IMG/VR virus record: IMGVR_UViG_3300007094_000006
Location: 1-64,000 of that record
Length of the DNA: 64,000 nucleotides
DNA from: a virus
Strand: one strand, 5' to 3'
Made by a program: the position numbers and the translations under genes. Of the stretch, positions 48,164-58,631 are shown one piece after another (within the stretch, counting starts at the first letter, position 1; every line of letters begins with the position of its first letter). The notes under the pieces are model-generated. The model did no database searches, had not been told where the DNA came from, and saw only the letters and a list, made by a program, of their open reading frames with translations.

Positions 48164-49066
48164 ATGTCTGATGTGTCAAATGCCCCTTTAGTGGTGGTAG
48201 ATTTTCGAGTAGCTGTCTATCAAATATATTCTGAGTTTAAATTTATCAAAGCAAACTGTCCTCCTGAGATTGTGAAATCATGGTTAAAAGCGGCATGGGC
48301 TTTAAAATTAAACAGGGGTTTTACTGGATTGCCTTATTTTCCACATACTGTGGTGGTAGTCGACGACAGTTCACCTTATTGGAGAAACGATTATTTAAGA
48401 GAACGAGGATTTCCAGAGTATAAGGGCGGAAGACCCACTAAAACAGACGAATGGTATGAAGTCAATCAAGCTGGTATTGACTACATTCACGCACCCAACT
48501 CCCCCTTGCATTACCTTAAATTTGAAAAATTTGAAGCAGATGACATAGCTTCGGCACTTGTCCGCACAAGTCCTAAACGTTTAATCTTTCTTCACACTAT
48601 TGACTCGGATTGGATGGGGTTAGTCAAGGATGGTTGTCTCAATGCGAATTTTTCTTTAGACGAGGCAATTAAGGAACCATGGGTCGATACAACTGTTCTA
48701 TGGGTCAGCATGGATAAATGGACACCTCGTTTTAGAAATGTGGAAGGAGTAATAGCTCACACACTCAAAAGGGAAAAAACCCAAATTACTAACCCCGCTC
48801 AAGTCTGGGATATTAAGGCTGAAAAAGGCGATAAATCTGACAATTTAACCAAAGGTAGCCCTCTAGAGGTGATTAATCTATTAAATCCGCCACTTCAATA
48901 CGATTTGCTCAATATCCCTAAATGTAAAACCCAAATAGTGCAAGTAGCAAATGCTGGCACACCTAACTCAAGTTTAAAGCATATCAAAAAAGCTCATCAA
49001 TGGTTTGTCAATGCTGGACACCGTGTACCATTCTGGGGGTACTACGACTTTGTTCCAGACTTTTGA
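48164..49066 (+). CDS. 5'-3' exonuclease / flap endonuclease (T4 RNase H-like)
   Basis: VVD..., YWR...EYKGGR, EADDI, T.DSDW, GD.SDNL. Confidence 0.88.
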   Translation: MSDVSNAPLVVVDFRVAVYQIYSEFKFIKANCPPEIVKSWLKAAWALKLNRGFTGLPYFPHTVVVVDDSSPYWRNDYLRERGFPEYKGGRPTKTDEWYEVNQAGIDYIHAPNSPLHYLKFEKFEADDIASALVRTSPKRLIFLHTIDSDWMGLVKDGCLNANFSLDEAIKEPWVDTTVLWVSMDKWTPRFRNVEGVIAHTLKREKTQITNPAQVWDIKAEKGDKSDNLTKGSPLEVINLLNPPLQYDLLNIPKCKTQIVQVANAGTPNSSLKHIKKAHQWFVNAGHRVPFWGYYDFVPDF

Positions 49067-49249
49067 AAAATATTTTGAAAAAGGGGTTGACATCTTCAAA
49101 AAAACCAGCTAATATAGAAAACATAGACAAAGCAACAAGGTTCTAGTTCACACGCAGTCACTAACCCCGCCCAAGTCTAGGTTTGCAACTTTTGCTAAAT
49201 CAAAAATCAAACCTCAAAATCAACCAAACTCTCTCAAAACCTACGAATT

Positions 49250-50227
49250 ATGTCCTACAACTCTGTCGTTTCTTATGATAAACTTGAATCCGTTCTTTCC
49301 TCGAAAAATTGGGATAAAGCCTACGTCAACCTTCCAAACTCGTCAATCGGAAATGTTCTTAAGTCCCAATTTAAATACATTTTCGAGTCCGTTGGGGAGA
49401 CCTTCTCCGATAACGAATCAGTATTAACCGTACAAGCAGATAACGGAAACTTAAAACGCTTATACAGCCCTACTGTTTACCTCGTATCCAACGAGAAAAT
49501 TCGTGAATCTGCCTACGCTAAAGCAAATCCTAGCCTATTTGAATGTGATAGCACCCCTGTTTCTGACGAAGAAAAAACCAAAGCAAAAACTCCTGAAGCC
49601 ATCAAAGCTTATGAAGATTTATTGCTGAAAGGGCGGAATGTCGCTGTCCGTATGGGAGCTAAACTTTTTGTTCCTTTATTAGCTTTTAAAGCCATCGAAG
49701 GTTGCGATATTGCTTTAGATAACGGTGACATTGAAATTACCTTGCCAGAAACAGAACAGTTTCCTGAAGGTTTAACTGTAAAATTCAGTGTTCGTTACTC
49801 TGAATCTGACCTAGATAAGCGGAAATCTCAAGAAGCATCTTTTAAACGGGCGTTTTCACGGTATCTCAAAAACTCCGAAAACAACTTTGGTGCTTTTCTA
49901 TGTGAACCCCCTACCGGTGGTGGTAGCGGTATTCCTCTCCGTGACTTGGACGAAAATTCTGTTCATACCGTCATCGGTTATGAATTTAAAGAGTCGGAAA
50001 ATGGAGGTTTTTATATTCTTTCCTTAGACTCTGGTATTCATGTCATGAGCAACAAGGCTTTAGCTACTACCTTGCGTGGAAACCCTATCATTACTCCTGA
50101 CAAACCCGGTATTCTGCGAATTGCCGACAAGAAAAAAATGGCTAATGGCAACATGAAAGTAAATGCCGCTCTTTTAGTTCCTGTGGAAAACTATCCCAAT
50201 GATGATGGGTTTAACCTAGACTGGTAG
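49250..50227 (+). CDS. Possible ssDNA-binding/replication protein
   Basis: Strong promoter at 49087-49115, replication context, acidic-aromatic tail NDDGFNLDW. Confidence 0.4.
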   Translation: MSYNSVVSYDKLESVLSSKNWDKAYVNLPNSSIGNVLKSQFKYIFESVGETFSDNESVLTVQADNGNLKRLYSPTVYLVSNEKIRESAYAKANPSLFECDSTPVSDEEKTKAKTPEAIKAYEDLLLKGRNVAVRMGAKLFVPLLAFKAIEGCDIALDNGDIEITLPETEQFPEGLTVKFSVRYSESDLDKRKSQEASFKRAFSRYLKNSENNFGAFLCEPPTGGGSGIPLRDLDENSVHTVIGYEFKESENGGFYILSLDSGIHVMSNKALATTLRGNPIITPDKPGILRIADKKKMANGNMKVNAALLVPVENYPNDDGFNLDW

Positions 50228-50242
50228 TTCTAATGCGGTAGG

Positions 50243-50476
50243 TTGTCGACTGGCAGTGCCAACACTGCCAGAATCCAGCAAGAAGATAACATCTATACAA
50301 TATCGCAGATGGAACAACAGAGACAAACACCTAATTTCAGGTTAATTGAAGTAATAGAAGATGATAGTGCCAAAACTTTTATTTACGAAGACCCTGAAAA
50401 AAACATTAACTCCAGCTTTTTTGCTCGATTAAAAGCTAAAATTCAACAAATACTCAGACTATTTCATCGGAAATAG
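50243..50476 (+). CDS. Hypothetical protein
   Basis: ORF track; true start may be MEQQRQ. Confidence 0.45.
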   Translation: MSTGSANTARIQQEDNIYTISQMEQQRQTPNFRLIEVIEDDSAKTFIYEDPEKNINSSFFARLKAKIQQILRLFHRK

Positions 50477-50525
50477 AAAAAAAAGCAAACCCCCCCATTA
50501 ACCCCCCCTAAAAATTTGAGGTCTT

Positions 50526-50753
50526 ATGTCTGATAACTTTGACTTTTCCGAATACGATGGTGAGCTTGAAAACGAATGTACTCTATTAACTCGAAGCATC
50601 ATTAACACTCGTCGCCGCATTCAAAAACATACAGACAGTAACAAATTTAGTTTGGCTTCTCGTGCCAGATTATTAAACGCTATTACTCATCTGAATTTGC
50701 TTCTAGAAGATATATTTGACACCTACGAAGAACTATTCTTCGACAAAGAGTAA
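50526..50753 (+). CDS. Hypothetical protein
   Basis: GAGG RBS, 75 aa. Confidence 0.6.
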   Translation: MSDNFDFSEYDGELENECTLLTRSIINTRRRIQKHTDSNKFSLASRARLLNAITHLNLLLEDIFDTYEELFFDKE

Positions 50754-50808
50754 TAATTTTCTGCTTGAACGCTCAAACCCTAGATTAGTATATCTTGGGT
50801 TTTTTTAA

Positions 50809-51642
50809 ATGTTATCTGAAATTAGTAAGCCGCTTACTTTTAATCAACTAAAATCAAACTCTGAAATCCTTGCAGAATTGCAAACTTTGCTCAAAGAAAA
50901 AGGATTTTATCACTTAAAAATTGACGGAGTTTGGGGTCAAGGAACTGAAACAGCTATTGAGTCTGTCGCTAATTTATTAAATTTAAATAATTTCGATAAA
51001 AAATTAATTGGTAAAACTTTTATCAGCAAATTAACAAGTTACAATCCTGAAAAAGATACTGAAACTGAATTGGATGTTAGCCCTATCACAGAAGCTGACA
51101 TTTTAGCATTATCCAAATCTTTAGTCTTAGAATTAGCAACCATTAAAGCAGTTATAGAAGTAGAATCTTCTGGTTCTTGGGTACAAAAAGATGGAAAACC
51201 TATTATTCGCTTTGAATCTCATATTTTTAGTAGCCTAACTAATCATTTGTACGATAAAGATTATCCCAATATTTCCAGCAAAAAATACAATCCAAGTATA
51301 AATTTATCTACTTCTGAAAAAGAATATTGCCGATTAGATATTGCTAAAGATTTAAATGAAACAGCCGCTTTGAAATCTGCTTCTTATGGTGCTTTTCAGA
51401 TTATGGGCTTCAATCATGCTCTTGTTGGATTTAAAACTGTACAAGATTTCTACCAAGCCATGTTTAGCCCTAAAGAGCAATTAAAAGCTTTTGGTCAATT
51501 TTTAATCAAAAACTCGTTAGTAAAAACTTTAAGCAATAAAGATTGGAAAGGGTTTGCGTATTCCTATAATGGGTCTAGTTATCATTTGCACAAACCGCCC
51601 TATGATGTTCGTTTAGAGAATGCCTATCAAAAATACAATTAG
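50809..51642 (+). CDS. Endolysin: peptidoglycan-binding domain plus N-acetylmuramidase (DUF3380-like)
   Basis: LQ..L...G....IDG.WG..T; AV.EVES, I.FE.H.F, S.S.G.FQIMGFN, FA..YNG. Confidence 0.9.
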   Translation: MLSEISKPLTFNQLKSNSEILAELQTLLKEKGFYHLKIDGVWGQGTETAIESVANLLNLNNFDKKLIGKTFISKLTSYNPEKDTETELDVSPITEADILALSKSLVLELATIKAVIEVESSGSWVQKDGKPIIRFESHIFSSLTNHLYDKDYPNISSKKYNPSINLSTSEKEYCRLDIAKDLNETAALKSASYGAFQIMGFNHALVGFKTVQDFYQAMFSPKEQLKAFGQFLIKNSLVKTLSNKDWKGFAYSYNGSSYHLHKPPYDVRLENAYQKYN

Positions 51643-51704
51643 GTTGACAAATATCCTTTTACGTCCTAAAATAGGATACATAACGAGTTAAGGAGTTTGT
51701 TTCC

Positions 51705-53654
51705 ATGCCCAGAAAAAAGGCATCATCTAACAACGTGGACAAATTTAACCACCCAGAGTATAATAGCCAAAATCACTTAAAAGATGTCGAAGATACAGAA
51801 GATTTAGGGGATAACTATCTCAGTGACTACGATAAATATGCCGAAGGTATTCGGGTATTAAGTTCTTTAGGTTATACTTTCATTCCCCATTTTAACCCAG
51901 ACTGTCTTGGACACAGGGTTTATGTCGATACGCCTTTCACCCTGATTTCTAAAGATGGTAAAACAATTACTGATGTTAACCCTCCAAAAAATTTAAAATG
52001 GCGTAAAAGAATTAGCCTTGGTGATGATTTACCTTTATTGTCTAGTGCTTATTGTGCTATTCGTTCTCAATGTGGTAAATCAGTTGGTGATTTTTGGAAA
52101 CCTATGGTAGAGTTAGGTGGTGATAAACGTAAAGCCATTTTTAATATGGCATCCCTTTTTCTTGATGCTGAAAAGTTTAATTCTCGTCAAAAGTCTGATA
52201 ATCTAATCAGTCTTACAGGGGGCGATGGTGGTTTATATGTTGTCCCCCAAAAGTCTTGGTTTGACTCACGTTTTGATTCCATTTCTATTGACGACCTTTT
52301 ATACCTTTTTCCCTCTGCTGAATCTAAAATGCTTCAGTACATCATTGGGCGGATTTTTGTCGGGCGTGGAGGTACAAAATCCATTGAGGGTATTGTCGTT
52401 GAACATAAAGCCCGTTATATGGGTATAATTACAGGCGAACCTCGTTTAGGCAAATCAACCTTTTTAGACGCTATATCCGAAGCTATTCAATCTTTAGGCT
52501 TTGAAACTACTACCATTTCTGAGTCTAGCGGTCGTTTTGGTTGGGCTGAAATTGCCAGCAGTCATTTTACGTTTATCGATGACTTAACCAAAGAAACCCA
52601 ACGTCGTATTATTTCTTCTGGCAAAATTAAACAGATTGTTTCTAACAATGTTCTCAAAACTGAAAATAAGGGTGAAAGTGCTGTTAACACCCAATCCCAG
52701 ACCGTAATTATTGCCAGTAGCAATTCTTTCAATCTTCGTGATTTCTATAACGCTGACTCTGGTATTCAAGACAGAATAAAAATCTTAGAAATTAAAACTA
52801 AGGCTGAACTTTGTAAAGACAAATCTTTACCTTATCAGGTTGACGAAACTTGTCCTTTTAACCTTCATCGACATTGGCAATTTATTGCTGATAAGAACAA
52901 TGTTTCTTATGAGTCTCTCATTTATTGGTTGATTTACCTTTGTGTTCAAGAATTTTTGTCTGTTGTGGGCTATACTGAGGAAATTCCTCTTTTTCAACCT
53001 GAGAAATTTCCAGATATTGATGAAGAGACTTATAAACATCTTATGCGCTCTATAGCTCCTACTTTGAAAAAGACTAAGCCTTGTTCTCTTTATAAGACTG
53101 TCGAAGACTTAGAACGCAATTTCCGAATCCAAACTATGACTAATTCTACTCAAGCTTTAGTTTACTTTTGGCGATTTTGTCTCATTCTTTTCACTTATAA
53201 CGTCGAAAAGAAACCTTCTTTACCACCTCCTGTTTTTGACGTTAATTTTCTTATTCACTTTTTAAAGGCTCATCAAGCTTTTTATTCCCCAGAATTTGAA
53301 CCCTTACGCACTTTTCTAGAGGCTGATTATCTCTCTAATAACTCTCCTAAATGGCATCCTTATTCCGTGTTTTTAGAGGTTAACGGCTCTTGTATCTCTC
53401 AAGCTATTTTGAAATGTCTTGAGGCTGAAAATCTTTATTACCCTCCCGCTAAAATGGTCGAAATTTGTTTAAACTTTTTTACTTCTTCTAAAGGGTTTGA
53501 ACTTCGTAAAGATTTACCTATCATTATGGAATCTTATTCCTTAGCTTCTGCTCATGATTCCTTTTTTGTTGAATTAACTTCTCATCTTTTTTATGAACAA
53601 CCAGCCCTCTTTGAATTAGTTCAAAAGGCTAAAAGACAAGTCCAATCTCGATAG
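51705..53654 (+). CDS. SF3 (D5-like) helicase
   Basis: GEPRLGKST, FIDD, E.KG, motif C SSN, R finger; promoter at 51644-51672. Confidence 0.8.
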   Translation: MPRKKASSNNVDKFNHPEYNSQNHLKDVEDTEDLGDNYLSDYDKYAEGIRVLSSLGYTFIPHFNPDCLGHRVYVDTPFTLISKDGKTITDVNPPKNLKWRKRISLGDDLPLLSSAYCAIRSQCGKSVGDFWKPMVELGGDKRKAIFNMASLFLDAEKFNSRQKSDNLISLTGGDGGLYVVPQKSWFDSRFDSISIDDLLYLFPSAESKMLQYIIGRIFVGRGGTKSIEGIVVEHKARYMGIITGEPRLGKSTFLDAISEAIQSLGFETTTISESSGRFGWAEIASSHFTFIDDLTKETQRRIISSGKIKQIVSNNVLKTENKGESAVNTQSQTVIIASSNSFNLRDFYNADSGIQDRIKILEIKTKAELCKDKSLPYQVDETCPFNLHRHWQFIADKNNVSYESLIYWLIYLCVQEFLSVVGYTEEIPLFQPEKFPDIDEETYKHLMRSIAPTLKKTKPCSLYKTVEDLERNFRIQTMTNSTQALVYFWRFCLILFTYNVEKKPSLPPPVFDVNFLIHFLKAHQAFYSPEFEPLRTFLEADYLSNNSPKWHPYSVFLEVNGSCISQAILKCLEAENLYYPPAKMVEICLNFFTSSKGFELRKDLPIIMESYSLASAHDSFFVELTSHLFYEQPALFELVQKAKRQVQSR

Positions 53655-53668
53655 GTACGGAGGTTTTT

Positions 53669-54715
53669 ATGCGTTCCAGAGGCTTTGGTAAAAAAGTCAC
53701 AGCTAACTCTTTTAAGTTTCGAGATTTTGATAACTTGTCCCTTTCTGCCATTCAATCCGAAATTACCGACAAATCCTCTTTCATTAAAGTTCATAAAGAA
53801 TTTGAACTTTTTGTCTTAACCAATGTCCTTCCCGTTGGTTATACTTGCTCTCATCATCTCCAAATCTACAATCTTTTAAAATCCCTTCTTCCTCTCTTCA
53901 ATCCTCCCAAATCTAACGCTACTTCTGCTCAAGGTCTTAATAGAGCTATTCTCCTCGCTTTAGGTAGTACCTTGACCAGTCTCAAAAACCTTCCTTTTTC
54001 TGATAAGGCTCCTAATTCTTTTTTAAAGGTTGAATCAATGGCATTATCTCAGAAATTAGTCTCCAAACTTGACTATTCTCTTAAATACTCTATCTTTTTT
54101 CTGAATCAATACGACTCTTGTTATCAGGCTTCTCAGTCTTTTGATTTGCTCTCTTATTCCCCCTTTTGGCATCTTTTCAACTCTGAACTTTCTCTCTCTC
54201 GTTCTGCCTATCTTGACCATTCTTTATCTCTTTGGTCTTCACTTTCTCATTTTTATCTCCAATGTTTCAACTCTGTTATTTCTTTTTCCCAGTCAAAATT
54301 TAATCTTCCTTGCCCTCTCGAAGGTTTATTTTCTCATTTTGCACACAATCTCAATCAGGGTAATTCTCTTTCCTTTTTGATTGAAGCTTGGCAAGTCCAT
54401 TTGAATCTGGTTTCCCAAACTTCCTTTTTCTATAAGTCTCCTAATCTTAACAAATGGTCTTCTTATATTGAAACTGACTCTTGGGGTTCCTATTTTTATG
54501 ATGGACATAACATTTCGGATTTGCTATCTGAAGCTTTTCCTTGGTTCATCAACAAATCCTATGCCCCTAGTGCTATTGTTTCCCTAAAACCCGCTCGTAC
54601 TCAAAAATATATCAGGGAATGGGCTAACTCAAATTCTTTTTCAACTTGCTCTTTGCCCCATTTTGAACCCTGTCCCTATCTTTCTGGCTTGATTTCCCCC
54701 ACTTTGGATTTTTAA
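53669..54715 (+). CDS. Hypothetical protein
   Basis: GGAGG RBS; 348 aa, Ser/Leu/Phe-rich. Confidence 0.65.
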   Translation: MRSRGFGKKVTANSFKFRDFDNLSLSAIQSEITDKSSFIKVHKEFELFVLTNVLPVGYTCSHHLQIYNLLKSLLPLFNPPKSNATSAQGLNRAILLALGSTLTSLKNLPFSDKAPNSFLKVESMALSQKLVSKLDYSLKYSIFFLNQYDSCYQASQSFDLLSYSPFWHLFNSELSLSRSAYLDHSLSLWSSLSHFYLQCFNSVISFSQSKFNLPCPLEGLFSHFAHNLNQGNSLSFLIEAWQVHLNLVSQTSFFYKSPNLNKWSSYIETDSWGSYFYDGHNISDLLSEAFPWFINKSYAPSAIVSLKPARTQKYIREWANSNSFSTCSLPHFEPCPYLSGLISPTLDF

Positions 54716-54742
54716 CTTTTCTCCCCCCCCCCCTAAAAATTT

Positions 54743-55762
54743 ATGGAACGTAAACTTGCAACCTTAGAAGTCATCAAAGACCTTCAACCTATCCTCGGTG
54801 CTGACAATATTGAAGTGGCTACTGTCCGTGGTTGGAAAGTCGTAGTTAAAAAAGGAGAATTTCAAATTGGTAGCCTTTGTGTTTTTTTTGAAATTGATTC
54901 TTTTCTACCTGAAATTCCAGAATTTGAATTTTTGCGGAAGTCTTGTTTTGCTACCTTAAACACTGGTGAAACTGGTTTTCGTATCAAAACCATTAAGCTG
55001 AAAAAACAATTAAGTCAGGGTCTAGCTTTGCCTTTATCTCTTTTTTCCTTGACTTCTAATACCTTTACACTAGGTACAGACCTCACTGATTTCTTAGGTG
55101 TCAAAAAATGGGAACACTCTGTCTCTGCTTCTTTAGGCGGTAATGTTTTAGGCAATTTTCCCTCTTTTGTTCCTAAAACTAACGAAGAACGCATTCAAAA
55201 TTTAAGTGACCTATACCCTTTACTTTGTCAAAAATCCTTCAATGTTACCGAAAAACTAGACGGCACTAGCTTTACTGCTTTCTACTACAATGATACTTTT
55301 GGTGTCTGCTCTCGAAATCAGGAATTAATGGAATCATCTACCAACATTTATTGGCAAATTTTTCACCAGTATAAAATTGGTGATTTCCTAAAATCTTTAC
55401 CTTTCTTCTCCGCTATTCAAGGTGAAATTGTTGGTGGTAAAATTCAAGGCAATCCTTACAAACTTCCAAACTATCGGCTTTGTGTTTTCAATTTGATTAA
55501 CCTTGACAATCAAGAAAGATTAGACATTTTTTCCCCTTCTAACCTCTCCCTCTTGTCCAATGCTGGGCTTGATACTGTTCCTCTACTATTTCGTGACTTT
55601 TCTCTACCTTCTTCCCTTGATTCTTTAATTGCTTTTTCCTCTGGTAATTCCCTTCTTAATCCCAATACTATTCGTGAAGGTCTGGTTTTCAGAAACTTTG
55701 AAAATTCCTACACCAGTTTTAAAGTTATCAGCAACAATTTTTTGCTAAAACAAAAGATTTGA
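54743..55762 (+). CDS. RNA ligase, Rnl2/DRB0094 family
   Basis: N-terminal OB domain (I.GAD.IE...V.GW.VVVKKGEF), TEKLDGTS motif I, QGE..G, REGLVF, FKVISN.FL. Confidence 0.92.
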   Translation: MERKLATLEVIKDLQPILGADNIEVATVRGWKVVVKKGEFQIGSLCVFFEIDSFLPEIPEFEFLRKSCFATLNTGETGFRIKTIKLKKQLSQGLALPLSLFSLTSNTFTLGTDLTDFLGVKKWEHSVSASLGGNVLGNFPSFVPKTNEERIQNLSDLYPLLCQKSFNVTEKLDGTSFTAFYYNDTFGVCSRNQELMESSTNIYWQIFHQYKIGDFLKSLPFFSAIQGEIVGGKIQGNPYKLPNYRLCVFNLINLDNQERLDIFSPSNLSLLSNAGLDTVPLLFRDFSLPSSLDSLIAFSSGNSLLNPNTIREGLVFRNFENSYTSFKVISNNFLLKQKI

Positions 55763-55866
55763 ACTTAGGATAGTTGATTCTAGCTAGTCTTCTTAAATTC
55801 TAGGAAGACTTTTTTGCCTTCTTTAATTTAGAAGGCTTTTTTTCGCCCAAATTATAGTTAAAGCAA

Positions 55867-55940
55867 CGTGGGATAGAGCAGTCTGGTAGCTCATCAGCCT
55901 CATAAGCTGAAGGTCGTAGGTTCAAATCCTGCTCCCGCCA
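55867..55940 (+). tRNA. trnM: tRNA-Met(CAT), initiator-like body with atypical anticodon stem
   Basis: Full cloverleaf; anticodon 55901-55903; C1xC72 mismatch; A11-U24; stem TCAGC/GCTGA; CCA not encoded. Confidence 0.92.
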
Positions 55941-56021
55941 TTAAACTTAAATAGTCCTAATCGTTTGGCTTTTAGCTTCAATTGTGCTATAATTGGTTTG
56001 TATATTTTTAATAGAGAAAAA

Positions 56022-56750
56022 ATGTCTAAAAGTAATCTGATTGTATTCGATTTAGATGATACTTTGCTAAATACTAGCCATGTTTATTGGCTTGCAAAAA
56101 AGCTTTTTGTGGAAACTTTATCTGAAGAATTAAAAATTAACGAAAATAAATTAATTGAAGAATTTGAAAAAATTGATAGTATTCAAATGCAAATACTAAA
56201 GCATTCTCCTTATCGTTATACTTTAAGTATGATAGAAACTTATAAATTGGTTTCTCATAAGATAAATCATCAAATATCTGAGGAAACTTTAAAGGCTATT
56301 AAAGAGTTTGGACGTTTAATTTTAAAAATTACACCAAATACTATTAAGGGGGCTAAAGAAATTCTTGCTTGGTCATCTCAAAACTATTCCCTTGCATTAT
56401 TGACAAGAGGTGAAAATTCATTTCAAAAAAAGAAATTACACAAAAATAAACTGTATAAATACTTTGATTTTATAAGAGTTGTACCTCACAAAAACGCCGA
56501 AGTTTTAAAAAATTTTATCACAGATATAGGCTTTGATTGTCAAGATGTTTGGGTTATTGGTGACTCATTAAAATCAGATACTAATCCGGGCATTGAAATT
56601 GGAGCAAAGTGTATCTTGTACACCTATCATCATCCTCATTATCATTGGATACAAGATACTGAAAGTGTTGCATTAGGCTCTTTTTACAAAGTTGATAATT
56701 TATCAGATATTAGAGAAATTCTTGAATCAGATTCTATTTCTATTTCATAG
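56022..56750 (+). CDS. HAD-superfamily hydrolase/phosphatase
   Basis: FDLDDTL, LTRG, K, IGDSLKSD. Confidence 0.9.
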   Translation: MSKSNLIVFDLDDTLLNTSHVYWLAKKLFVETLSEELKINENKLIEEFEKIDSIQMQILKHSPYRYTLSMIETYKLVSHKINHQISEETLKAIKEFGRLILKITPNTIKGAKEILAWSSQNYSLALLTRGENSFQKKKLHKNKLYKYFDFIRVVPHKNAEVLKNFITDIGFDCQDVWVIGDSLKSDTNPGIEIGAKCILYTYHHPHYHWIQDTESVALGSFYKVDNLSDIREILESDSISIS

Positions 56751-56840
56751 TCGATGAGTTGAAAAATCCAATATTTTGCAATTTTGCCTCAACAACTTTC
56801 CATCTTTTAGTAGTTCACCTTTTCAGTGTGTGAACTACTC

Positions 56841-57035
56841 TCAAGTTTCTAAGGGATTGGGATAATAAATTATTTCGTTAGCACTTGGTATTGTTTGTCC
56901 AATTTCAAGCTCTGATACATAAAATATGTCTTTCAAACTTGTTACTGTTTGCACAACAACCCCCTCTGTATTAACGATATAAATTATATTTTCCACCTTT
57001 GAGGCTAATATTTCCCCTAATATCTCAATTGCCAT
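56841..57035 (-). CDS. Small hypothetical protein (start MAIEILG)
   Basis: The upstream part of the called ORF is the 12-bp repeat read off-frame. Confidence 0.55.
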   Translation of the reverse strand: MAIEILGEILASKVENIIYIVNTEGVVVQTVTSLKDIFYVSELEIGQTIPSANEIIYYPNPLET

Positions 57036-57036
57036 T

Positions 57037-57502
57037 TTAATTACCCTCATCATTATCTTCATTATTACCCTCATTTTCATCATTATCTTCATTATTATCT
57101 TCATTATTATCTTCATTATTATCTTCATCTAAAGTCACTTCTGGAGTAACATTCACTAAACCTTCAAATATTCTATACACTGTATTTCCATCTGGCGATT
57201 TCATTTCTAAATCATAAACCCACGCATTTTGCCCTATTTTATTTCCTAATGCCGGCGGTATTGTTTTCGATACTAAATGTCCTAGCACTGGTCTTATTAA
57301 TGTGTGATTTTCGTATGTGTTTTCCTCTATTACAATGTCATCAAATACTACTTCCACTTCTCCTTCTGCTAATAATGCCCCTTTAAATCTTTTTCTGATT
57401 TGCCACTTAAATTCCCACCCACTATAATCACCCGGTAAAAGTAATGATTTCCCTTTAAAATTGGCTCCTTGTCTTATTAATATGTTTTGTTTTATCGTTT
57501 CC
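57037..57502 (-). CDS. Probable accessory virion protein with (EDNN)n acidic tail
   Basis: I.I.QGA.F, QIR, VYDLE...G...R..EG.V.V.PEVT; late motif at 57535 on minus strand. Confidence 0.65.
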
Positions 57503-57612
57503 ATTTCTTTTTTCCCTTTTCTTTTAATTTTAACTTGAGCGACAAAAAACAGGGTTGACATTTTTTTTCTTTGTGCTATGATAGCTTTGTAGTCTTAGCA
57601 ATCAAGAAAAAA

Positions 57613-58332
57613 ATGCCTAATCTCACGATTTTAGATTTTGAATCCTCTAACATCCGATTTGAAAACCGTGATGGACGAGTTTGGGTGAGTCTAACTGATA
57701 TGGCAAACGCTAGTGGAAAACTCATTGGTCATTGGAACCGGCTAGACTCCACAAAGGAATTTCTGTCAGCCTTAGAGTCCGATATCCATCAACGGATATC
57801 GGAAACCATAAAAGGTGGTGTCCCTTCAAAACAAGGAACTTGGGCTATCGAAGAAGTTGCCATCGAATTTGCTGGCTGGTGTTCTGTTCATTTCAAAATT
57901 TGGATGCTACGCCAGATTAAAACTTTGATGACTCAAGGCTATGTTGCATTGCCGCAAACTCAACAGCCTAAACTTCCCGCTCACAAACTCGCTGAAGAAA
58001 TTACGGAATCTATTTTCCAAATTCAAAACAAAATTTCTGAAAACAATCCCCGATTGGCACAATTTCTCATCGATTTAGCAATTTCCGAAGTTATGCCCGC
58101 AGGTAACAGCTTAACAGGTGTTAAACTAAAAGGGGTCGCCGAAATTGCAGAATCTTTGGGTTTGCCAGTTAATTTTCAAAACCGTTCTTCTTTAGGCAAG
58201 TTTGTTAAAAAAACTTGTGGACATCTTGCTCAACAAGAAGAACGCTTGGTTAATGGACAGCAACGATTTGTTGCTTGCTACCCAGAGGATGAACCTGAAG
58301 TTATTCAAGCTATCAGAAATTTTTTTAGCTAG
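57613..58332 (+). CDS. KilA-N domain protein 1 (antirepressor-like)
   Basis: VSLTDMA...W.RL.STKEF...QGTWA..EVAI.FA.W; promoter at 57555-57582. Confidence 0.88.
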   Translation: MPNLTILDFESSNIRFENRDGRVWVSLTDMANASGKLIGHWNRLDSTKEFLSALESDIHQRISETIKGGVPSKQGTWAIEEVAIEFAGWCSVHFKIWMLRQIKTLMTQGYVALPQTQQPKLPAHKLAEEITESIFQIQNKISENNPRLAQFLIDLAISEVMPAGNSLTGVKLKGVAEIAESLGLPVNFQNRSSLGKFVKKTCGHLAQQEERLVNGQQRFVACYPEDEPEVIQAIRNFFS

Positions 58333-58631
58333 TTAGTTTGAATTTTTAATCTTTTGCCTTCTTCAATTAGAGGGCTTTTTTATGACCTTAAGCTATAAGT
58401 TTTTCTTATGAGTAATATAAGAATTAATAATCCTAGACCACTTGCCATTTTTCATCGTGTTTGCTATACTTAGATTGGTGATTCAATTTCTTAAAATCTA
58501 AGGATTAATTTTTCAGCCCGTCTTCCTACCTAAAATTGGAAGACTTTTTTTTTGTTTAAATTTTAATTTTTAGTTGACAACTTTTTTTATTTGTGTGATA
58601 CTAGAATTTGTACCTTAACAATGCGAAAAAA

